Source of the DNA: Photobacterium lucens
GTDB taxonomy: Bacteria > Pseudomonadota > Gammaproteobacteria > Enterobacterales > Vibrionaceae
Reading direction: 5' to 3'
Assembly: GCF_009873615.1 (NCBI RefSeq)
Contig: NZ_SSMG01000191.1
Span: forward strand, 437-24,436
Length of the DNA stretch: 24,000 nucleotides
Of the stretch, positions 9,290 to 18,631 are shown one piece after another. The notes below the pieces were generated by a model. That model saw nothing but the letters and a program-made list of their open reading frames with translations. It was not told where the DNA came from and did not search any database. The translations under genes and the position numbers were made by a program. How positions within the stretch are numbered: position 1 is the stretch's first letter; every line of letters starts with the position of its first letter.

Positions 9290-9321
9290 AAGAAAAGAGT
9301 TAGCTATCATGCTAACTCTTT
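9290..9321 (-). terminator. Rho-independent terminator of the K+ channel gene
   Basis: The 11-bp stem is AAAGAGTTAGC (9294-9304) / GCTAACTCTTT (9311-9321) with a 6-nt loop. On the minus strand it is followed by a T-rich tract. Confidence 0.7.
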
Positions 9322-9352
9322 CATTGATGGGATAATAACAAGATAAAGTAAA

Positions 9353-10084
9353 TCAACCTTGCTGATCGTAGAAATTGTCAGCTTGATGTTTCAGTGTTTT
9401 CTTATGATCAATGCTCGAACTCACAAGGCTTGATACCACGACTGCCATATAAAACACTCCCACTATCGCTTCGAGATATACCAGCGCCTTCGCAATCGGT
9501 GTCACAGGGCTAATATCGCCATAACCTAACGTAGTTAATGTCACAAAGCTAAAATAAGCGGTATTAGAGAAATTCTCTTCCCATGCGATGGCTTGTATTC
9601 CTTTAAACGAATGCGGATCAAATTCGAGCAAAATTAAATAGGCTATCGCCCACATCAACCCCAGCAGTAAAAATAATGCAATCGAGCCAACGACCTTGTT
9701 GGTATCAATTTCACCTGAAAACAAAATACGTTTCACCAGTGATTTAAAGGTGCCAAAGAAAAACACAAACGTCAGCCCTAACATCACCACACTCATTTCA
9801 TTTATGTGGAAAAGATATTTAACAGCTATCGCTGCAATCCAAATGACCGCCAAGGCTTTTAAAAAACGAGACCAATGCTGATCAAAATGCAAGCTAACAA
9901 AACACACCATAAAGGTAGTAATAATGATCCCTTGCAGCACATATTCCATTAAGCTTTCTTTCAACACTTGCACCAGCGAAGTACTTAACAGCAATACCAC
10001 CAAAGCTAAAGTCAAATAAATAAAATTATTCTTTTCACTGATATGTCGATGCGAATTAATGTTTTTTATCATTATATGAACCAT
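9353..10084 (-). CDS. Potassium channel family protein (Ion_trans_2-type pore)
   Basis: The canonical K+ selectivity filter TLTTLGYGD lies between two C-terminal TM helices, and several further N-terminal TM helices are present. I place the start at ATG 10084 (MVHIMIKN...) rather than the GTG at 10129. Confidence 0.75.
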   Translation of the reverse strand: MVHIMIKNINSHRHISEKNNFIYLTLALVVLLLSTSLVQVLKESLMEYVLQGIIITTFMVCFVSLHFDQHWSRFLKALAVIWIAAIAVKYLFHINEMSVVMLGLTFVFFFGTFKSLVKRILFSGEIDTNKVVGSIALFLLLGLMWAIAYLILLEFDPHSFKGIQAIAWEENFSNTAYFSFVTLTTLGYGDISPVTPIAKALVYLEAIVGVFYMAVVVSSLVSSSIDHKKTLKHQADNFYDQQG

Positions 10085-10291
10085 AATAGGAATCGTTAGA
10101 CGTTGATTGTATGAATTTTTTCCAACCACGTAGAGTTAATCGGCTTAAATATCTTTCTATTGAGTTTACATCTGTCGAATATGTTTTAACACAGCGCAAA
10201 CGCCATACAAGTCATCACTAAGAACGAGTACTTGCTTTAGCAGATAGTCGCATCTATTAAGATTGCGACAGCATAAATGAAAGGAACGACA

Positions 10292-11392
10292 ATGCAGGAC
10301 AATAACACCCCCTCAGAAAACCATAGCAACAAGATCAACAAAGCACGTTCTTTTACTTACTGGATCTTTGCACTTGTTTTAGCAGTATGGCTTTATACTC
10401 TGTGGGCTGATCGCATGACCCCAATGACAGATCAAGCCCGTATTAATGGGCAAACCATCCGTATTAGCCCTGAAGTTTCAGGAACCATTTCAAATGTTAG
10501 CGTCATTAATAACAGTGAAGTGAAAGTTGGCGAGCCACTGATTACTATAGATCCTCGCCCTTTCCAACTAGCAGTCAATGCCGCAAAATTCGATTTACAA
10601 CAAGCTGCGCAATCTTATGGGGCTGATTCTGCCGCAATAAATGTTGCAAAAGCCAATGAAGTTGCTGCTCGAGTTAAAGTCAGCAATGCGAAAAAAAATC
10701 TCGATCGTAATCGAATCTTGTTAGCGCGTGGCACCATTAGCCAAGCGAGCATGGATAATGTGGTTGCCGACTTACAAATTGCAGAAGCAAATCTCGCTCA
10801 AGCAACTTCTGCCCTTAAAAAGGCCCAAGAAGAATTTGGCCCTCGCGATGAAAATAACCCTGAAATCCAAGCCGTACTCAATAAACTAGAGCAAGCACAG
10901 CTTAATCTTAACCACACCAAAGTTGTTGCTCCTGCTGATGGCGTGATCACCAATATGCACATCGCTATTGGCGACTATGCCAGCACGGGTCAACCTTTAC
11001 TGACCTTTATCAATAACCACAATTTATGGCTAACTGCGATGGTACGTGAAAACTCACTCGCTCATCTAAAATCAGGTAACCCAGTTAAAATTGTATTTGA
11101 TGCTTATCCTGGCGAAGTGTTTAAAGGTAAGATCTCATCCATTGGTTGGGGCAGTAGCGGCAATGGTAGCCTTGAAGATAACCAAAGCAGTGGTTTATTA
11201 GTCTCACCAACCAGTAATCCAAAAGCACAACGCTTCCCTGTGAATATTGAATTTGAAAAACTACCAGATGATGTACAACTACGATACAGCGGTCGTGCGG
11301 TGGTGGGCTTTTACCCGCATGAAAGCTACATTGGTGAAAAGCTATTAGATCTATGGATGTGGGCATGGAGTTACATTAGCTATGTATCATAG
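10292..11392 (+). CDS. HlyD-family membrane fusion protein (AaeA/EmrA/YibH-like)
   Basis: The layout is a single N-terminal TM, a lipoyl-like segment (GEPLITIDPRPFQ), a long Ala/Gln coiled coil, and a second barrel half (VVAPADGVITNMHIAIGDY). The ATG at 10292 has an AGGAA RBS. An alternative ATG lies at 10277. Confidence 0.8.
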   Translation: MQDNNTPSENHSNKINKARSFTYWIFALVLAVWLYTLWADRMTPMTDQARINGQTIRISPEVSGTISNVSVINNSEVKVGEPLITIDPRPFQLAVNAAKFDLQQAAQSYGADSAAINVAKANEVAARVKVSNAKKNLDRNRILLARGTISQASMDNVVADLQIAEANLAQATSALKKAQEEFGPRDENNPEIQAVLNKLEQAQLNLNHTKVVAPADGVITNMHIAIGDYASTGQPLLTFINNHNLWLTAMVRENSLAHLKSGNPVKIVFDAYPGEVFKGKISSIGWGSSGNGSLEDNQSSGLLVSPTSNPKAQRFPVNIEFEKLPDDVQLRYSGRAVVGFYPHESYIGEKLLDLWMWAWSYISYVS

Positions 11393-12380
11393 TGCCGCTA
11401 ATCCATTAATAAGGGTGGCATTGTTTCCTATACTATTGCTGTTTTGGCAGTATGTATTCGGAACAGATTTACCCTTACTAGCACCTGCAATGTGTGCTGT
11501 ATTCTTAACCACAACCCATGAGCCACCACCCTTTATCATGGTGCTGTTGATGGGAGGCATACTGTTTGTCACGGCTTGGCTCCAAGCTGTAATGAGTGGG
11601 TTATTAATCGACTATCCACAAGTCTATTACCTATTCTTATTTGGTGTCTTTTATTGGTGCATGGAGAGAACAAAAAACAACGCACAAGATGTTTTTGCCA
11701 TTTTGTTGATTGTTTCAACGGCAATGATCGCAGTGTTTACACAACAAAAAGGGATCAGTGTTGAGCAGATCCCAATGGCACTGCTTAAAAACATTTTTAT
11801 TGCGGGATTTACCGCCTACTTAGCCTATTTTCTCTTTCCTAAAGGAGAACCGTTGGCAGAAACAGTGGAAGGTCCCTCTTCAGACATAAAATACCTGTTT
11901 GATTGGCAAACCATGATCAAAAGCCTGATCATCATGTTTGTATTGGTATGCGCTATCCAATTAAATCTGGAACAAAGCACTATCATTACTGTGATTGTGG
12001 CTCTCATCATCAAAGATCCTGATCCAAGCATAGGTAGAGATTACGGTCTAAGACGGCTGCTCACAACATATGCCAGCGTGCTTTATGCTGTGCCACCTTT
12101 GGTAATGAGCCTATTACAAGTCAATATCATCGGTACATTAGGAGCAGCATTAGTCAGCGCATTATTTATGGGGATCCATGCGGTTGAGAAAAAAGCCAGT
12201 TTAAACTCAATTCAACTGTTGTATACCAGTTACGTCGTACTGGTATTTTATGGCCTTACTTCAACCAGTATTAGTGCCTTAGCGGATGATTTAGTCCGTT
12301 TTAGCTCAGTATTTGCGGCTGTACTCATCGGTATAATGAGCCTGATCGTTCTTTATCCGAAAGCAAAAAAACAGCCTTAA
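11382..12380 (+). CDS. Polytopic inner-membrane protein, FUSC-like (AaeB-type half-size; probably the DUF2955 group)
   Basis: 332 aa with about 8-10 TM helices. It overlaps the HlyD stop by 11 nt, which implies translational coupling. The family assignment is from memory of the HlyD plus DUF2955/FUSC pairing and was not searched. Confidence 0.5.
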   Translation: MYHSAANPLIRVALFPILLLFWQYVFGTDLPLLAPAMCAVFLTTTHEPPPFIMVLLMGGILFVTAWLQAVMSGLLIDYPQVYYLFLFGVFYWCMERTKNNAQDVFAILLIVSTAMIAVFTQQKGISVEQIPMALLKNIFIAGFTAYLAYFLFPKGEPLAETVEGPSSDIKYLFDWQTMIKSLIIMFVLVCAIQLNLEQSTIITVIVALIIKDPDPSIGRDYGLRRLLTTYASVLYAVPPLVMSLLQVNIIGTLGAALVSALFMGIHAVEKKASLNSIQLLYTSYVVLVFYGLTSTSISALADDLVRFSSVFAAVLIGIMSLIVLYPKAKKQP

Positions 12381-12401
12381 CGCTTTAACTCTCCTCAACG
12401 C

Positions 12402-12431
12402 AAAAAGCACTGAGATCATCAGTGCTTTTTT
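12402..12431. terminator. Bidirectional terminator between convergent genes
   Basis: AAAAAGCACTGA-gatca-TCAGTGCTTTTTT has an 8-bp GC-containing stem flanked by A5 and T6. Confidence 0.8.
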
Positions 12432-12456
12432 ATTGCGTATATTCTGCTTACTAATT

Positions 12457-12963
12457 TTATTTGTAAGCACCAGCACTGTAATGGAGCTCATAACTGTGAG
12501 AGTAAATTTCTAAAATATTACCAAATGGGTCTTCCATATAGATCATGCGATATGGCTTTTCACCTGGATAGTAAAAACGTGGCGCTTTCATGCGTTTCTT
12601 ACCACCTGCAGCCACAATCTTTTCCGCTAATTCTTCCACATTTGGATCTTGAATACAGAAGTGGAAAATACCTGTTTTCCAGTACTCAAAATTATCTTCA
12701 GGGTTAGTTTGGTTTTTAAATTCAAACAGCTCAACGCCAATACGATCACCTGTCGATAAGTGAGCGATACGAAAACGCTCCCAACCACTACCGAACACAT
12801 CGGTACACATCTCACCAATCGCTGAATCATCTTCCACGATCTCAGTGGGCTCCATGATCAAATACCAACCTAATACTTCAGTATAAAATTTTACTGCCGC
12901 TTCTAAATCTGGCACTGAAATACCAATATGAGAAAAGCTACGTGGGTAAGTTTGTGTCGTCAT
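12457..12963 (-). CDS. VOC (glyoxalase/bleomycin-resistance/dioxygenase) family protein
   Basis: The start is at ATG 12963 (MTTQTYPRSFSHIGISVPDLEAAVKFYTEVLGW), a typical VOC N-terminal beta-alpha-beta-beta-beta motif. The C-terminal half reads FEDPFGNILEI-like (MEDPFGNILEIYS). The 25-codon upstream extension in the ORF track lacks support. Confidence 0.75.
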   Translation of the reverse strand: MTTQTYPRSFSHIGISVPDLEAAVKFYTEVLGWYLIMEPTEIVEDDSAIGEMCTDVFGSGWERFRIAHLSTGDRIGVELFEFKNQTNPEDNFEYWKTGIFHFCIQDPNVEELAEKIVAAGGKKRMKAPRFYYPGEKPYRMIYMEDPFGNILEIYSHSYELHYSAGAYK

Positions 12964-13065
12964 CGTTGATCTCTTCTTATTGCTCGTTGTTGATGACTGC
13001 GAGGTTACAAACCGAACGTTATTATGTAAAATTATCATATATCATAATTATGAGTACGTTTTGTA

Positions 13066-13938
13066 ATGATAAATCCTGTTTGGTTACGTAGCTTTTGTAC
13101 TTTGGTTGAAACAGGGCATTTCACCCATACCGCAGAGAAACTCTTTATGACTCAGTCTGGTGTCAGCCAGCATATTCGTAAATTAGAGCAGTATTTAGAT
13201 CAGCCTCTTATTACGCGCCATGGTAAAAAATTCACCCTCACGAATGCAGGTGAACGCTTATACAGTGAAGCCAATACTATTGTGCAATCGCTGACGGATT
13301 TAGATAAACGAATTAGTGAAGATCCTAGCTATGAAGGCGTAGTGAGAATAGCCTCTCCGGGTAGCGTGGGATTAAAGCTATACCCTCAACTACTGGCTTT
13401 TCAGCAACGACATCCTGATCTGATCATTGATTATCGCTTTGCTCCTAACCATGAAATAGAAAAAATGATCGCTGAACAACGGATTGATGTTGGTCTAATG
13501 ACAAGCCTTGCTGGCAAAGGGGAAGTAAAGCTCAATCACATTGGCAGTGAAGATTTACTACTGGTGACGCCTGCTCATATCACAACCGCCAGTTGGGAAA
13601 ACTTACTCAAACTTGGCTTTATTAATCACCCAGATGGGATCTATCATGCCAGCCAGCTACTCAGCGTAAATTTCCCTGAATTTCAACATATTGAGCAATT
13701 CAAACAATCAGGTTTTTCCAACCAAATTAATCTGATTATCGAGCCAGTAAAACTGGGATTGGGCTTTACGGTATTACCTCGTTATGCGGTCGAGGCTTTT
13801 CATCAACAAGAGGCAATCAAGACCTTCTCACTAACTCATCAAGTCAGTGAGAAAATCTACCTTGGCACATACGCCAACAAATTTGTGCCTAATCGAGTTA
13901 AGACCGTAATCGAAGCGATCCAAAAGCACTTAGCATGA
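13066..13938 (+). CDS. LysR-family transcriptional regulator
   Basis: The N-terminal wHTH is LRSFCTLVETGHFTHTAEKLFMTQSGVSQHIRKLEQYLDQPLITR. The protein is 290 aa and is divergent from the VOC gene, the classic LysR arrangement. Confidence 0.9.
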   Translation: MINPVWLRSFCTLVETGHFTHTAEKLFMTQSGVSQHIRKLEQYLDQPLITRHGKKFTLTNAGERLYSEANTIVQSLTDLDKRISEDPSYEGVVRIASPGSVGLKLYPQLLAFQQRHPDLIIDYRFAPNHEIEKMIAEQRIDVGLMTSLAGKGEVKLNHIGSEDLLLVTPAHITTASWENLLKLGFINHPDGIYHASQLLSVNFPEFQHIEQFKQSGFSNQINLIIEPVKLGLGFTVLPRYAVEAFHQQEAIKTFSLTHQVSEKIYLGTYANKFVPNRVKTVIEAIQKHLA

Positions 13939-13999
13939 CGGATAACCCTATGGTTCATGGTACTATTTACTTTAAAACAATAATAAATAGAAGCTCGCA

Positions 14000-14647
14000 A
14001 TGAACAATAACAAGAAAGTCATCATAGATTTCGATGGAACTTTAGCAGCAAGTTTTGATCTTTTTATCGAAGCTATGCGTGCTGCTCATACTAAATACGG
14101 TTTTCGTAACGTTGAAGATGATGAAATTGAACCCTTCCGCCACTACAGTGCCTTACAAATTCTTAAGTTTCTTGGCTTGCCACTGTATCGAGTGCCTGCA
14201 GTAACACAGTTTATTCGCAGTTATATGTCAAAAAAGATCAAAACCTTACCATTAGCATCTGATTGGCAAGAAACACTCCAAGCTCTCGCACCTGACTTCG
14301 AACTGGCTGTTCTGAGTTCAAATTCAAATCAGAATATCCAAACGTTTTTAAACCAGCATGAATTAGCCTATTTCAGTGAAATTGTCTCGGATGTTGGCGT
14401 CTTTGGTAAAGTTAAAGCTATTCGCAAACTTATCAAAGACAACGGTTGGCAAAATAAAGACGTGTTCTATATCGGTGATGAGATCCGAGATATCAAAGCC
14501 GCAAAAAAAGCGAAAATCAGCAGTATTGCGGTAACTTGGGGGTATAACGCAGAGCCCGCATTAATAACCCACCACCCTGATCATTTAATTTCCAATAGCA
14601 ATGCGCTTATTGCGATACTGCAAAATGGTGAGCCGAAAAGCGCATAA
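14000..14647 (+). CDS. HAD-superfamily phosphatase (phosphoglycolate/sugar-phosphate phosphatase-like)
   Basis: HAD motif I is IIDFDGTLA, motif II is VLSSNS, motif III has a Lys in GKVKA, and motif IV is GDEIRD. Confidence 0.8.
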   Translation: MNNNKKVIIDFDGTLAASFDLFIEAMRAAHTKYGFRNVEDDEIEPFRHYSALQILKFLGLPLYRVPAVTQFIRSYMSKKIKTLPLASDWQETLQALAPDFELAVLSSNSNQNIQTFLNQHELAYFSEIVSDVGVFGKVKAIRKLIKDNGWQNKDVFYIGDEIRDIKAAKKAKISSIAVTWGYNAEPALITHHPDHLISNSNALIAILQNGEPKSA

Positions 14648-14781
14648 AGACCACTATAGCCAAGCGATTTAATCACATACCAAAAGATATTTTTTAGCAT
14701 TTCTTCAATAACCAAACTAAGCTTGAATTACATTAACCATCAATGTCTTAGCATTAAAATTTGTGAAAGAGGTAAAGTAAT

Positions 14782-15075
14782 ATGTCGCTGTTGGATAGTT
14801 TAGGGAAGAGACTAGAGCCTATCATGCTGTTTATGGGATTAGTCAGCCCAATAGCTACTCTACCTCAGCTGTATAAGCTTTTTATCTCCCATCCCAATCA
14901 TGCTCATGGGTTATCGTTAACGACTTGGTCGATGTATGCACTGATTTCACTATTGTGGTTTATCTATGGGCTCTACCATAAGAACCCAACTATTTGGGTA
15001 GGTAACTTTTTAGGCTTCTTAGCCTATTTTGCCATGATGGTAGGGATTGTGATTAAAGCGGGTGTGACCTTTTAA
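14782..15075 (+). CDS. SemiSWEET / PQ-loop family transporter (single triple-helix bundle)
   Basis: 97 aa with 3 TM helices. A PQ motif sits in TM1 (ATLPQLYKL). A conserved Trp (LLWFIYG) and Asn (VGNFLG) occupy the positions used for sugar binding in characterised bacterial SemiSWEETs. An AGAGG RBS is present. Confidence 0.7.
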   Translation: MSLLDSLGKRLEPIMLFMGLVSPIATLPQLYKLFISHPNHAHGLSLTTWSMYALISLLWFIYGLYHKNPTIWVGNFLGFLAYFAMMVGIVIKAGVTF

Positions 15076-15086
15076 CAAGGTAAAAA

Positions 15087-15115
15087 TAATGGCTAGTTAT
15101 CCGTACTAGCCATTA
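15087..15115. terminator. Bidirectional hairpin terminator between SemiSWEET (+) and the M42 peptidase (-)
   Basis: The stem is TAATGGCTAGT / ACTAGCCATTA, 11 bp with a 7-nt loop, in AT-rich flanks. Confidence 0.65.
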
Positions 15116-15129
15116 CTTATTATTTCATG

Positions 15130-16176
15130 TCACAGATAAAGATAAAAACTCGCTAATCTCTCAGCATTTAAACCTTTTACCGCGCTTTCTAACAATGATA
15201 AACAGGCTTCATAATCTGCTTTATTCACTAAAGTATAAGGACTGTGACAGTTCTTCACCGGTAAGATAATTGCCATACCCGCAATACCTTCTCCCACCAA
15301 AGTTGCCGAGCCATTATCAGTACCACCGCCAGCTAAGAAATCACGCTGCACATCAATATCATTCTCACGAGCCACATCACTAACATAATTGAATAATGGA
15401 TAATGAGCCAAAGCACATTTATCAGCGACAACTAAACAAGGACCTTTACCGTACACTCTTCGTCCTGACTGCGAACTAGGCGTATGTTTGGTAGAAGCGA
15501 CATCTAACACAATAACAACATCAGGACGTAGTTTATCTGTTGCGGTTTTACCGCCTTTAGTCCCTACTTCTTCTTGTGCGCTGCCGATAAAATACAAATC
15601 ACAATCTAATGGCTGCTGAGCAAGGTTTTGTAATAATTCCATCCCAAGTAAGCAACCGATACGATCATCAAACGATTTAGAGACAAAATTACCGCTATTA
15701 TTTAGTTCATGGCTGCGAGTAGCAAAGACTGCGCTATCACCAATTTCAATCCCCATTGCCAATACATCTTGCAGGTTAACAGCGCCAATATCGACAAATA
15801 GATCATCCATACTTAAATTCGTTAATGGTTTATCAGTAAAGATGATGCCCTGATACTTATTGCCCGAACGGGTTTTGATCTCAATCGTGCTATTTAACGC
15901 AATATATGGATCAATGCCGCCAAGTTTGAACAATTTTAAGTAACCATCACTGGTAATATGTTGGATCAAAAAACCCACCTCATCCATGTGTGCGATCACC
16001 GCGACTTTCGGCCCCGTCGCTTGGTTATTTAACCTTGCGATCACGCTACCTAACCCATCAAATTGAATATCATCAACATAATTTTTTAGTTCATGGTAAA
16101 TCACACTGCGTACTTCATCTTCACGCCCAGAAGGACCATGAGCGTTAGTGAGCGCTGTCATTAATGCTGTATTCAT
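15130..16176 (-). CDS. M42-family metallo-aminopeptidase (FrvX/YpdE/SgcX/CelM-like)
   Basis: The ATG at 16176 is preceded by an AAGGAA RBS. The N-terminus is LMTALTNAHGPSGREDEV. Metal-ligand motifs are AHMDEVGF, SFDDRIGC and AQEEVG, plus a late CHS His. Confidence 0.85.
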   Translation of the reverse strand: MNTALMTALTNAHGPSGREDEVRSVIYHELKNYVDDIQFDGLGSVIARLNNQATGPKVAVIAHMDEVGFLIQHITSDGYLKLFKLGGIDPYIALNSTIEIKTRSGNKYQGIIFTDKPLTNLSMDDLFVDIGAVNLQDVLAMGIEIGDSAVFATRSHELNNSGNFVSKSFDDRIGCLLGMELLQNLAQQPLDCDLYFIGSAQEEVGTKGGKTATDKLRPDVVIVLDVASTKHTPSSQSGRRVYGKGPCLVVADKCALAHYPLFNYVSDVARENDIDVQRDFLAGGGTDNGSATLVGEGIAGMAIILPVKNCHSPYTLVNKADYEACLSLLESAVKGLNAERLASFYLYL

Positions 16177-17266
16177 TGACAATTTCCTTAAGTAAAGGCG
16201 ATGTAAAGTTACGTGAAATATCACGGAGTTGGCGAGGTAGATGAGTTAAACTTTTTGCACCGTTGGCGGTGATAACTAAGGTGTCTTCAATACGCACACC
16301 ACCAAATTGAGGAATATAAATACCCGGCTCTATGGTAACGACCATACCGGGCTGTAAAATTGCGTCATGTTGCTGATTTAGTAATGGAAATTCGTGGCCT
16401 TGTAATCCCACGCCATGCCCTAAACCATGACTAAAATAATCACCATAACCACAGTGTGAAATATACTCACGAACTGCAGAGTCTATAGCACGAGTTGAAA
16501 CACCACTCGCTAACATGTTCACGCCAATTTGCTGCGCTTTATACACAATATCAAAGATTTTTTGCTGTTTTTCTGATATTTCACCCACACAAAATGTACG
16601 AGTCACATCAGAGTGATACCCTTTGTAAACAATGCCAAAATCAATAGTAACCAGCTCACCATATTCGATGGTTTTAGCACTTGGTCGTCCATGAGGAAAT
16701 GCCCCACGTTCACCAGAGACCACAATAAGAAAATCAATGCTATCTGCACCTAAACGTCGTGCAGCCCATTCAATATGTAGTGCTAGATCCGTTTCAGTTA
16801 TACCTTGATAAAACGCTTCAAGCCCCTGCTCCATGGCTTTTTCTGTAATGGCACAAGCGTATTCAATTCGTTGAATTTCTGCCGCTGTTTTGGTCTGTCT
16901 TAATAGCTCAACACTGTGTTGGAGGGGGACTAAACATGCGGTTAAAGCAGGCTCCCAATTACAAAAGTCACTGTAACTCAGGCTATTTGCCTCAATACCC
17001 AAGTATTGAATTTGGTGAAATGCTAAACGTTGCTCTAAACAAGCCAGAAAGCCTAATTCATCACTATTAATCACAGCATAGTCATGGCACTGATGCTTCA
17101 GTTGCTCAACGTATTTTCCTGGTACCAACAACTCTTTGGTATTTGCCGTGATCAACACATGTCCACCACTACCAGCGAAGTCAGTTAGGTAACGCTTATT
17201 GTGACAATCACTCACTAATAAGGCATCACATTGTTCAGAAAATGGGGTTAAATCAAACGTCTTCAT
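16145..17266 (-). CDS. M24B-family Xaa-Pro aminopeptidase/dipeptidase (YpdF/PepP/PepQ-like)
   Basis: The pita-bread metal ligands appear in order: YHSDVTRTF, HGLGHGVG, IEPGIY, VRIEDT. I use ATG 17266 rather than the GTG at 17275. The 3-prime end overlaps the M42 start by 32 nt. Confidence 0.85.
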   Translation of the reverse strand: MKTFDLTPFSEQCDALLVSDCHNKRYLTDFAGSGGHVLITANTKELLVPGKYVEQLKHQCHDYAVINSDELGFLACLEQRLAFHQIQYLGIEANSLSYSDFCNWEPALTACLVPLQHSVELLRQTKTAAEIQRIEYACAITEKAMEQGLEAFYQGITETDLALHIEWAARRLGADSIDFLIVVSGERGAFPHGRPSAKTIEYGELVTIDFGIVYKGYHSDVTRTFCVGEISEKQQKIFDIVYKAQQIGVNMLASGVSTRAIDSAVREYISHCGYGDYFSHGLGHGVGLQGHEFPLLNQQHDAILQPGMVVTIEPGIYIPQFGGVRIEDTLVITANGAKSLTHLPRQLRDISRNFTSPLLKEIVNEYSINDSAH

Positions 17267-17287
17267 CAGCGCCACTCTCGTTGAGGA

Positions 17288-18631
17288 TTAGAAATCTAAT
17301 CCCAGTTCATCCAACAGTTCTTCATCTTTCTTGCTAAAGACAGATTTCTTCTCTTTTTCTGCTTTTAGTTGTGCTTCACGTGCCATTTCTTGTTTATCCA
17401 TGATCCTAAAGAATGGGTAGTAAACACAGAACGAAGCAACAATCTGGATCATTTGTACGAACGGCGTCTTCCAGTCAAAACCTGTTAAGTACCCTTCAAA
17501 GAACAAAGGCAGATACGGTGGATCAAAGAACGGTTTTGCTAAGAAGCCATATTTCATTAATGCTAATGGGAATAAACCAATTAATGAGCCACCCAGTACA
17601 AACGGAATAAATAAGATTGGGTTTAAGATAATTGGTGCGCCAAATAACACAGGTTCATTAATACCGAATAAACTAGGCACTAATGAGACTTGACCGACTT
17701 TTCGATAACGTTGTGTTTTTGCGATCATCATCGCAATAACTAAACCTAGCGTCACACCAGAACCAGTAAAGTTTACAAACGCTGAGAATGTACCACCTGT
17801 CACAAAGTGAGGAAGCTCAGCAGCTATTTGTTTCGCTGCAATGTTTTCTGATAAATATTGAACAAAAATAGGCGAAAGGATCGGACTTAATACCGCAGAG
17901 TGAATACCAAAGAACCAGAATAATAGTCGCAGCATGATCACAAACCACACTACAAATAGATTATCTAAACTACCCACAACAGGGGCTAATACATCCATCA
18001 CTATTTCAGGTAATAATAAACCACCGGTTACATCAGCTATAAAATAACGTAATGTTAAGAATAGAATTGCAATAAAGGCAGTAGGTGTAATGAGTTCAAA
18101 AGAGCTTGAAACAAAATCAGGCACACCTTCTGGCATTCTTATTACTAGCTTATGTTTGGTAAAGAAGCGATATATTTCCACACAGGCAATAGAAATAAAG
18201 ATGGCAGTAAATAAACCTTTTGAGTCAAAGAACTTCACATCTAATGAACCATCAGTATTCACCGAGGTTGTCATGATTAAGAAGGCAAACAGTGACAAGG
18301 CTATCGCACCAACCGTGTAGATTTTATAACCTTCACTGAGGAAATACGCAATCGCGATAACAGTGTATATTGCAATAAAACCAAGGGAGAATTTAATTAG
18401 TAAATCAATAAGATAAACGTTATTTGCAAACCATTCTTGAACAGCAACAGAATCTGAAAATACGTTTTTTAGCGCTTTTAATGGGTAAGCCATGGAGCCC
18501 AATAATAGGATTGGTGTTAGTACCACCATGCCTTTTTTTACCGCACTTAAATGGGGTTGTTTATCTATTTTTTCAGCAATGGGTACGAGAATGCGCCCAA
18601 TGAGGTTTTCAAATTTCGCAAATACACTCAT
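17288..18631 (-). CDS. PTS EIIC permease, lactose/cellobiose (Lac/Chb) family
   Basis: 447 aa with about 10 TM helices. The N-terminus (MSVFAKFENLIGRILVPIAEKIDKQPHLSAVKKG) is typical of ChbC/CelB-type EIIC. There is an unusual charged C-terminal tail of about 35 aa. Confidence 0.85.
   Translation of the reverse strand: MSVFAKFENLIGRILVPIAEKIDKQPHLSAVKKGMVVLTPILLLGSMAYPLKALKNVFSDSVAVQEWFANNVYLIDLLIKFSLGFIAIYTVIAIAYFLSEGYKIYTVGAIALSLFAFLIMTTSVNTDGSLDVKFFDSKGLFTAIFISIACVEIYRFFTKHKLVIRMPEGVPDFVSSSFELITPTAFIAILFLTLRYFIADVTGGLLLPEIVMDVLAPVVGSLDNLFVVWFVIMLRLLFWFFGIHSAVLSPILSPIFVQYLSENIAAKQIAAELPHFVTGGTFSAFVNFTGSGVTLGLVIAMMIAKTQRYRKVGQVSLVPSLFGINEPVLFGAPIILNPILFIPFVLGGSLIGLFPLALMKYGFLAKPFFDPPYLPLFFEGYLTGFDWKTPFVQMIQIVASFCVYYPFFRIMDKQEMAREAQLKAEKEKKSVFSKKDEELLDELGLDF

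Noticed and set aside
10085-10129. GTG start (10129) for the K+ channel, GTG start (17275) for the M24 peptidase, and GTG (19072) for EIIB, as given by the ORF track
   Set aside because: In each case an in-frame ATG a few codons downstream has better RBS spacing or better agreement with family N-termini. The coordinates were adjusted accordingly, with residual uncertainty.
10229-10272. Imperfect palindrome GTCGCA-N12-TGCGAC just upstream of the HlyD gene start
   Set aside because: The arms are only 6 bp, with a bulge if extended. In an AT-rich intergenic region this is within chance expectation, so it is not reported as a site.
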